A DNA stretch of 62,759 bases, counting the filler, from Bipalium vagum (taxonomy: Eukaryota), in assembly GCA_037834085.1 (NCBI GenBank). It is 3 parts of 3 records of this genome, joined end to end, with 100 filler letters (N's around TTAATTAATTAA, not from the genome) between each part and the next. Parts side by side here need not be neighbours in the genome. Positions count along the whole stretch, not along the records: positions 44,830 to 62,759 come from JBBMKC010046020.1; 2 more parts are not named here. The stretch is one strand, 5' to 3'. Made by a program: the position numbers and the translations under genes. This document shows positions 54,136 through 62,759 of the stretch, in pieces. Numbering within the stretch: the stretch's first letter is position 1; each line of letters starts with the position of its first letter. The notes beneath the pieces were generated by a model. It was not told where the DNA came from, searched no databases, and saw only the letters and a program-made list of their open reading frames with translations.

Positions 54136-57100
54136 TAATAATAAAAGTAGTGATAATTAATAATACAGTATCTGGCCATTGAAATAGACTGAAACAAAAA
54201 ATACGTTTTTTGACGTAAGAAATTAAACCAATTTAATGAAAACCGTTTTGTAGAAATTAATTTTTCTTTACTTTTGAAAAAGGTGTCTCTTCGTAGTGTT
54301 TGTATTTTAGTCCCCAAACTAGTCTCTTCTTTATCATGGCCGGTGTTAACTTATTCTTTATGGTTATACAATTGTTTGTAAAATAATACTTGAGTCTTAA
54401 TAATAATTAATACTTAATACTTAATACTTAATTTGATTGAATACTTTTATTTTAGAGAGTTTAATGATTGTTGATCTCACAAATATTTAACTTTTTAAAG
54501 ATAATTTTTTTATTTAAGTATTTTTATCATTTTAAGGATATTTCTGACATATTAGAATTGAAGGCTTCTGTACCTAATCTACAAATCATTTATTTCATCA
54601 CCAAACTGGATCAAGACGATCCAACCGAATCCAAAAATCTTAATCCCATACAACTAGCAGAATGCAAAATGGAAATGGCATTTCTGAAGTTGCAATATAA
54701 TCATTTCATTCCGGAAACTTTTAAACATTGGTCAGAATGTCCGTATTTCCATGGAGCTTCATTATATGCATATATGGACTATTATAAAAGCAAAAGGACA
54801 TTGGAGACAACATATCATTTTAAACAGTTCGAAAGATTTGAAAGTGCACTTCATGATTATCTATTATTGAATTTTGAAAATAAAATCAATGAAGCGTGCA
54901 ATTTAATGACCAATTTTCATCTGGATGTCTTAACGAAAATTATCACTCGCGCCCAAGAACTGGTAGATTTTACCAAAGAAAATCTCAATCAAATAGCCGG
55001 AATGAGAAAAGTTGAAGAAGGTCTATTTGAAAAGATTCGGTCTGTTATCTCTCTTACTAAAAAGGATTTAATAAATCGCTTAATAAAGCGGTTAGGTGAT
55101 GAAACTGAAGCAATTATCAATCCCATATCCGATATCCAATATCCGGTTTCCTTAAACATCCCAGAAAATGGCATGGTTATTGATAGAAGTCTCATTAAAC
55201 AATGTCAAAATACCATAATGAACATGCTTTGCCATGGCTTGGAAAACGTTATTAGACAATTTGTTGAAGAAGAGTTCATTCAGAAATATCAAGAGACCAT
55301 CGAAAATCAAATGACATCCAGAATGAAGAGTGAAATGCATTCTCAACAAGCCAAATTTACTGGCAAAAGTCCATATCGGCTAAGTTTGGAAAGACTATTG
55401 CTAAAGCATTATAAAATCAATTCCATCAAAGAATTATCGAAAGCCGATGATAACAATATCATGTTTCGATTTATGAGTGCGATTTTAGTTAATGTGAAAG
55501 ACTTTTTCATGAGACTTTTCGGAACTAATACAATCAAAGATTATGTTGATGTGAAATGTCCAGTATGGAAAATTCAGCAGGCCAAAGAATGCCTAAATAA
55601 ATGTGATAATTATTTATTGGCAGAAGAAGTCTGTAATGGATTAATAAATGATTTCGAAAACAAACATAACGCCTTTCTGTTGGCGTTGGAGTTTGAGAGC
55701 AAATGTGTTCAACAGAAAATTACTGTTTCTGAAGATATTCGAACACAAATGACCGAAAGAGCACCCGATTTTGCTGGACTGCTGATGCTTACCTTGGATA
55801 TTAAAGGTCGATATATGCTGCAGAATATTGTTATAAAAGAAAAAATAGGTAAATGATAACATACCTTATTTAAGTATATAAAGTAATTTTATGTTGTAAA
55901 TTAATTATTTTTATTTTTTATTGACAAGGATGATTTCATTATATTGGGTTGGTGATAATAAGTTCTACATTATTTCTAACTAATAAAATCAAATGATTGC
56001 ATAATTCAAAGAATTTTTAATCGATCGTTGTTTAAATAATGTTAAATTTTGCGGTAATTTAACTGTATAATGTAATAGTTTTCTATGAATTGTATTTTCA
56101 GAATGAATTAAAAATGGGATAAGTAATCTTTTATAAAAAGTTTATAAAAAGAATAGAATCATAAATAGAATACCTCTTAAGACAAAGATATATGAATGTA
56201 TTTTTTCAATATATGTTTTTTGTACTTCTTTTTAAGCTGAAGTTTTATTCTTAAAATTGAGGTTAACAATAATTGTGAAAGATTTAATTACAAAAGAGAT
56301 AGCTTATAAGTTTGTAGAAGTTATCAATATATTAATAGTTTAATTAAGATTGAAACAAACATTTCTTTTCAAATGAGGTTTAACAAATTTAGACTATTTC
56401 ATCAAAAGAATTTTGAAATGACAATTACAGCACGGATTAAAGGTAAGTTTGACGGAATTTTGGATTATATTATGCAAGTAATTTACATAAAAAAATTTAC
56501 ATTTTCATTACATCGGTCAAAATTCTTTAGTTATCATAATTATTGAGATGTTATTCAGCCTGTTTTATCGTTATAAGCTGGTAGCTTAGTAGAATAAAAA
56601 GTTAATTTCCTGACAAAAAAGATGTTATTAAGAAGTGGTAGCTTATTAAAAACTAGTTGCTTAATAAAAATGACACAAATTTTCAAGCTGGTTAAGCCTC
56701 TATTAAACATTGGTAGTTGGTAACAATAAAACATTATTCATACAGGGTGGCTGAAAAGTAACTTATGATTTTTAATATTAGTAAAAAGTAAATGTTCCAG
56801 ACAATTATTTATTTTGAATATTATACATAAACAATAATTCACGAGGTTTTTTTAAACTAGATTTTGAAAATTATGTCCATCAAATGACCACCACTTTCTG
56901 CCTCACAAAATCTGTCTCTTTTAATAGAGTTTTCCATGACATCTGCTAAAACTTCCGGGTTTATTGCTTTAATTTCGTCACGAATATTGTTCTTTAATTG
57001 TTGAATGGACTTTGACTTATTAATAAAAACTTTATCCACCAGATATCTCCAAAGAAAATAATCTGGTGCTGATAAATCTGGTGAACGAGAAGGCCAGTTG

Positions 57101-60100
57101 AATGTTGAATTTCTGGAAATTATCCGATTACAGAAAATCTCATGTAAGAGTTTTATGGTACGTTTCACCGTGTGTGCGGTGGCTCCATCTTGTTGAAACC
57201 ACATCAATTCATTGTCAGCAACAGCAGGAATCAAATATATTTTTATCATATAGCAATATCGCTCAGCATTTATGGTTACAGCATTTCCATTAACATACTC
57301 AAAGAAATATGGATCTATGATCTTTTCATATGAAACACCACACCAAACTGTACATTTAATCGAATGCATTTCTCTCTGGTGAACAGACCTTGGATTTTCA
57401 GATTCCCATATTCTATAATTTTGCTTGTTGACGAATCCATTCAGATGAAAGTGGGATTCGTCACTCAGTGTCATTTCTTGAAAATTCCGGACATAGGTTA
57501 ATTATTTGTTGTTGGTCTGCCTACTTTAAATATTGCACCATTTGAATTTTGTATGGAAACAGTTTTAGTTCCCTTACCAGAATTTTTGAGAAGTGCCTAA
57601 TTGCAAAGAACGTCTTCGAATTGATGTTTCTGGGTCCTCCGCAATACTCTTTCGTACTCGTTCAATATTTCTGATTTGGCACGGTCTTCCCAATCTTTGC
57701 AAATCGTTAACGGAGCCCTGGCCTCGAAAACGTTTAATTAATTCGTAATCAAAAAGGCTGTTGGTGGCTTCTTAACATTGAAATGTTTGCAATATTTACG
57801 TTGAGTTCAGATTAAAGAATTATTGTTTTGAAAATAAAATTCCACGATTTTCGTTCGTTCAGATATTGCATATCTTTGTGACATCAATTTCCTCGAATCA
57901 ATTTTTATATCTACAATTATTTCAAAATAAATAAATATTGATTTTATTTTTTATGAATTTTTAAATTTATTAATTAACTTTTGCGCCACCCTGTATAACA
58001 GTAAGGTAAATGAAAAAAATTATTTTAAATTTACGAATCAAGATGCCCAGGACAATATCACAGTCTGAACAATAGAATGTTTACAAAACGTCAAGTCTAG
58101 AAAACTATGTAATTATTGATCATCCTCTGTACATCAAGATGTTTAAGTAAAGATAATTTTTAAATAAATAAAACAATTAAGGATAATTTATAAAGTTTAA
58201 ATTTGTTCTTTCATTAAATCAGGTCAAGGGGCACAAGGCGAGGTTTTCCACTGCGTCTGTAATGGAAAGGATATGGCAAAGAAAACTGTCAATTTGCCAA
58301 CAAGTCAGTTGAACGAAATTGCTGAAGAGGTCTACTATTCCTAGTGAGTGGAAAAATTAGAAAAATATTTTAAAAATAATAAATATTAAAAAAATATCTC
58401 AAAGGTATTATGGGTGAATTTAACAAAACAGCGATTTTTGCTCAACTTTTTACCACTCTTATTTTAATATTCCACATTGAGATATAATTTATTAATATAA
58501 TTCAATATAAAATTCATTATAAAGTGAAATGAGGTTATTTCATATTTTTTACTTTTTCTCCTTCAATTGAATCATAATAAATAAACCGATTTCTTCTTTT
58601 TCAACTCATTAGTTTTTTCAATTAAGTTTCCCGTTTTCCTTTTTCTCAATGATTCTTATTTCTTATCTCAAGACTGATGTAATTATTATTGTCAGTATAT
58701 GTCAAAAGAGATTTTAGGTAATTGAAAACAATTTTCTTTTGAAATTAAAAATATTAACGAATTATTTTTTATGGTTGACATTTTCTTTATTTTTACATTT
58801 AAATTTTTTTCTCAATTCTCCGAAAAAATATATTTATGGAAGAAAAAAGGTTTCTCCGGTTTTTTTTAATTATTATTTCTACATCGTCATTCATAAAGGA
58901 TTGACATTATAAATTGGCTATAATTTTTATTGCAAAAATACCATCATTTATATATTTGTTTTATTAATATCTATAAATATTGGTATTTTGAAATGAAAAA
59001 TTATATAATCCAGCAACGCATAAAAATTGTCCAAATTCATTATCAAAATGGATTATGTTTTTCCGAAAAAATTCGAAAATGCAGATCTGCTTTCGGTCAT
59101 CGTGTGACTGGACTCCACTAGACTACTTTCTTTGGGATTATCTTAAAGATTAGGTATACGTCAACAAACCCCAAACCATTAATGAGCTAAAAGAAGAAAT
59201 TCGAAATAGGATGGCTGAAATTTCCAAGGGTCAATGCCAAAATGTCTTTAAAAATTTCATAACAAGAACCAACCTGTGCACTCATTTGTCAGATGTCCTG
59301 TTTCACAAATAACATCATTGCTCTTTTTTTTTAATAAAGTTAAATCTGTTTCAAAATATATGTTTTATTGATAAATTTAAATGTCAGTCCTTTATGAATG
59401 ACTCTATATAAAGAAGGATCCATACATTGATGATGTGGTTATAATCTAAAATCTTTGGCATCGAGGATAAACAGACACAAAACGGACAGATCCAAGAGAA
59501 TAATAATAAACACAAAAAATATTGTATAATTATGAAAAATTCACATTTAGCCTTTTCGAACATCCAAGATTGTTGCCCATGCTCGCTGTATCCATTACCG
59601 ATTCATACGATGAAGAGTCGAAACATATTTCCGTGTATTCGCCTCTGATGAAAACCGATGTTTCCAAATATCTGAAAAAAAACACTGTACCCTTTCAAGA
59701 AAGAATGAAAATCGGTTTGCAAGTTGCCGAGGCTTTGCAATATCTACACAGTCAGCAGATTATGCACAGAGATCTAAAATTAGCAAATATCCTGGTAATG
59801 AAGTTCCATAATTTGACTTTCATTTCAGTTGTCAAAATTATTTTTTTAAAATCTTTTTCTTCTTATAAATATTAAAATAAGATTTATTATTATCATTTGA
59901 AAATCTTGCAAAATGCACTTAAATTGATGAAAGCTTGTCGAATTTTGAAACGACTGAAACACACTTGATACCAGTATGTATTAATTTATTTTATAATTAC
60001 TGTCAATATTTATATATAATATTAATATATTATATATTCTTACTACTTAAAGTTCAAGGGTAACAAAATATGGTGCACGTTTAAATCCGACTAGTATTTA

Positions 60101-61863
60101 TTAGTTGGTATCACAAAAATAAGTTTGAATTCAAAGACAATAAAATCTAAAATTTTGACCAATCAGTAAATGAATTAAAAAATTGATTTAAGATAAAAAA
60201 ATAATTCGACTAAAATTGTTATTTTTGTATCAAAATAAAAAATACTAACTTTGAAATAGTATCTATTGCTATTAAAAGTGATGGTATATATTAATCAACA
60301 TTCTCACCAAAAATTTCTTTTTTATTCAACCGGTTTTATAAAACGAGGACAATGCAAAACCTCATACCTCTAAAAAATCAAAACTTTACAATATATTGAG
60401 GGTAATAAAGTTTTGCCACATTCTCCGTACATACCGGATGTTGCAGAATTAGACTTCATGTTGTTACCTGCCATGGCATATTTCTTGAAGAGATAGGGCA
60501 ATACATTTTGAATTAAAATCTTCGGAATGGTATGAAAATGGGATTCACCAAATTGCACAACGATATACCTTTGTGTGTGAGAACAACAGATTGTATTTTA
60601 GTTCGTAATTTTATGGAAAAATAAAACTTTTGGGTTAAATTTTTTGAATTAAAACCGTCATTCTTTATTGGACCGCAATATTAAGGATATACTTTCACTA
60701 TGATCTCCTAATCAACCACAAAAAGTTCTTTTTGGGGATAGGTTTTCAGAATCTTTGGCAAGGTCTCTGTGCCTTGTTTCATACTCATACATCAATTGGT
60801 TCCTGGTGTGAGTATTTTGATACTTTTTCACTATGATTTCAATAAGAAATATCAAATTATTATCTAAATTTAAATGTGATACACATAAATGTTATTATTT
60901 AAACAAATATAACATACATTTTAACAAAGAATTTCAAATCGATTTAAATTGATTTTATTAAAATAAAACGTTTAAGTTATGTATAATAAAGGACTCGCAA
61001 TTAAATTGGATCCCTAATATATTAAAAAATAAAATATTTTAAAATAAGGTGACATTAGTGGTTTCATTAATCTTAACCACGAGTTTATCATTTCGTACAA
61101 GAAGAAAAGGGGAGCTTTCTACAGTTATTCATTTCTTTATGAAATGAAATTAAAAGTGCATCATTTATATTCGAATTCATTGCTGTATGAAATGTACAAA
61201 AGGGGTTAACGTTTTAGACATTTTAAGATTTTATTGTACTGTTATATATATCAGAGTATCAGAAAGATTTTAAAGATAATATATAGGGCTGCCTTTTTTC
61301 GTATTGCTGTCAGACATGGATATACGTGTTGATGAAAATATTAATAGACTTTTGATTAATCTCAGTTGTGTAAACGTCACTTTCACCTTTATTCTAAAAT
61401 ATATTTTTAAAAAAAAATTTTTACAAAAATTATAACGTTTATTTTATCGCAGTTAGATGAAAACAATGATGTGTTCTTGGCTGATTATGGGTTTTGTAAA
61501 TCGATGGCCTTGTCAAATCATTCTTTTGTTGGAACCCCAGTTCATATAGCTCCAGAGGTTGTTCGGAAAAATATGTATGACTACAAGATTGATATTTATT
61601 CATTTGGAATGCTATTGTGGTACTTAGCCGAAGGAACGGGAAAGCATCCTAGGTTTGCAAGAGTTCAATCCAATATAGCACAGGTTCTTTGGGCTGCTAC
61701 TGAGCACAACATGAGACCAGAAAAATTAGACAACATTCCAGCGGATTTGTGGAATCTCATGGAAATGTGTTGGGATAACGAACCATCAGTTAGGCCAAAC
61801 ATTGCATATGTTATAGATGAGATCCACAAAATCATGTCAAAATATTTAAACCAAAATCTTTGA
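51083..61863 (+). CDS. DSTYK: DSTYK/RIPK5-like dual-specificity kinase with N-terminal dynamin-like GTPase domain, 5 exons, ~945 aa
   Basis: Exons 51083-51832, 54537-55848, 58223-58343, 59551-59794, 61453-61863; GT-AG, phases 0/1/2/0 consistent. GTPase: GQVKAGKST, CTA, DTPG, TKLD. Kinase: IGQGAQGEV, MAKK, EEVYY, LHSQQIMHRDLKLANILL, DYGFCK, SFVGTPVHIAPE, DIYSFGMLLWY, RPEKL..WNLMEMCW..PSVRP. The DxGFCK..SxVGTPxHxAPE and LxWY signature is DSTYK-like. Confidence 0.9.
52160..53148 (+). mobile_element. Fragments of one or two mariner elements in DSTYK intron 1
   Basis: VPHVL (~52415), WVPHNL (~52791), YSPDMAPSDYYL (~52833); TIR-like end GTAGACCTAATA at ~53147. Confidence 0.78.
54060..54145. repeat. 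(AAT)n microsatellite
   Basis: Directly visible; explains the poly-Tyr ORF 54036-54317. Confidence 0.9.
56743..57993 (-). mobile_element. rosa-family (DD41D) transposon in DSTYK intron 2
   Basis: TIRs CAGGGTGGC..AAAAGT with TA flanks, 1251 bp. ORF 56857-57474 has SDE, QQDG and WPSRSPDLSAPD, with 41 residues between the 2nd and 3rd Asp. N-terminal half is frameshifted. Confidence 0.93.
58882..59406 (+). mobile_element. Internally deleted rosa-like element (MITE-like, 525 bp) in DSTYK intron 3
   Basis: TIRs ..GTCATTCATAAAGGA(T/C)TGACATT with TA flanks. Transposase start MKNYIIQQRIKIVQIHYQN is joined to the end TPLDYFLWDYLK..VYVNKPQTINELKEEIR. Confidence 0.85.
60330..60835. mobile_element. Mariner fragments in DSTYK intron 4
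   Basis: Plus strand EDNAKPHTS and KVLPHSPYIPDVAELDF; a further probable fragment on the minus strand at ~60700-60830. Confidence 0.65.
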
Positions 61864-62759
61864 AAATAATTAGTTTTTTTTCTATGATTATTTATTTTTA
61901 TTGATTATTTATATTTATACTAAATTATTTAAAATTTTACTGAATAATATCGAATTTTCTTTCAAACATCTAATAAAAGTGTTACTTTGTTTTAATTTTA
62001 CTGTAATATTTTTTTGTTTTTATTGATTTAATAATTAATAGAAAATTAATTAAAATACATAACTTGATTGATGAAATTATAATTAATAAAAATAACAGGT
62101 ATTATTAATAAATTATCGTGACATATTTAATACTAAGCTTTAACTAAATGAAAAATAAATAATCAAAGTCACAAGTGAAATGAATAAACAATTTACATTG
62201 ATTTAATATGTCAATAAACATTTTTATTAATATTTTATTATTTAATTTAATTAATTTTTTTTCTAATTTCACACTTGTAGTTGATTAAAAAAAGAAAACG
62301 ATTTATTATCCATAAAATATTTTTATTAATTTTAATTTACTTTCTTTGTGTTAACATCAGAGAATTTTACAAAACATTTTATCTTTTATTATCATTATTA
62401 AAAATTTTGACAAAAGAAAATAAATACTCTTTTACTTTCATTTTGCAAATCATTTTTTTTACAAAAAATATTTTAAGATATGTAAGTCTAAAATAAGAAA
62501 ATGAAGTCACTATGATCGGATCAAATAATTAAAATAGTAGTTATCAAAAAAAATACCATTTCTGTAAATAAGATTTTATTTTTATGATTTTTAACTAATT
62601 ATCACAATTTTTGACAGTTTAAAATTTTGATTCATTAAAGAAATATTTTTATTGTGAAATATAATACTTATTTTCAATTAAAATTTTTATTGTGATTCAT
62701 TTAAGAACAAATTCAAGTCTGGATTCTAATAATTTATAATAATAATAGTAATAATAATA

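Overview
Very AT-rich animal genomic DNA with many 42-60 nt GT-AG introns and long (AAT)n tracts. It is probably from a triclad flatworm/planarian, but that assignment is inference. Three contigs are joined by two artificial 100-nt spacers (N44-TTAATTAATTAA-N44). Host genes read by hand: a two-exon SoxB (SoxB1-like) HMG-box gene (+, 16424-18435); a complete 10-exon hnRNP K (-, 27346-25055); the 3' four exons of an FMR1/FXR-family gene (-, 43053-40901); and a complete 5-exon DSTYK-like gene (+, 51083-61863) whose N-terminal dynamin-like GTPase domain keeps all four G motifs. Relics: a deleted EXTL3 (exostosin-like 3) copy between a 13-bp inverted repeat just upstream of hnRNP K, and a possible BTB/T1-domain pseudogene. 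The rest is a transposon graveyard: two Ty3/gypsy remnants, at least ten Tc1/mariner elements (several with TIRs and TA target sites, some nested), and remnants of two apparently different Polinton/Maverick (adintovirus-like) lineages. No database searches were run; family calls rest on motif recognition.
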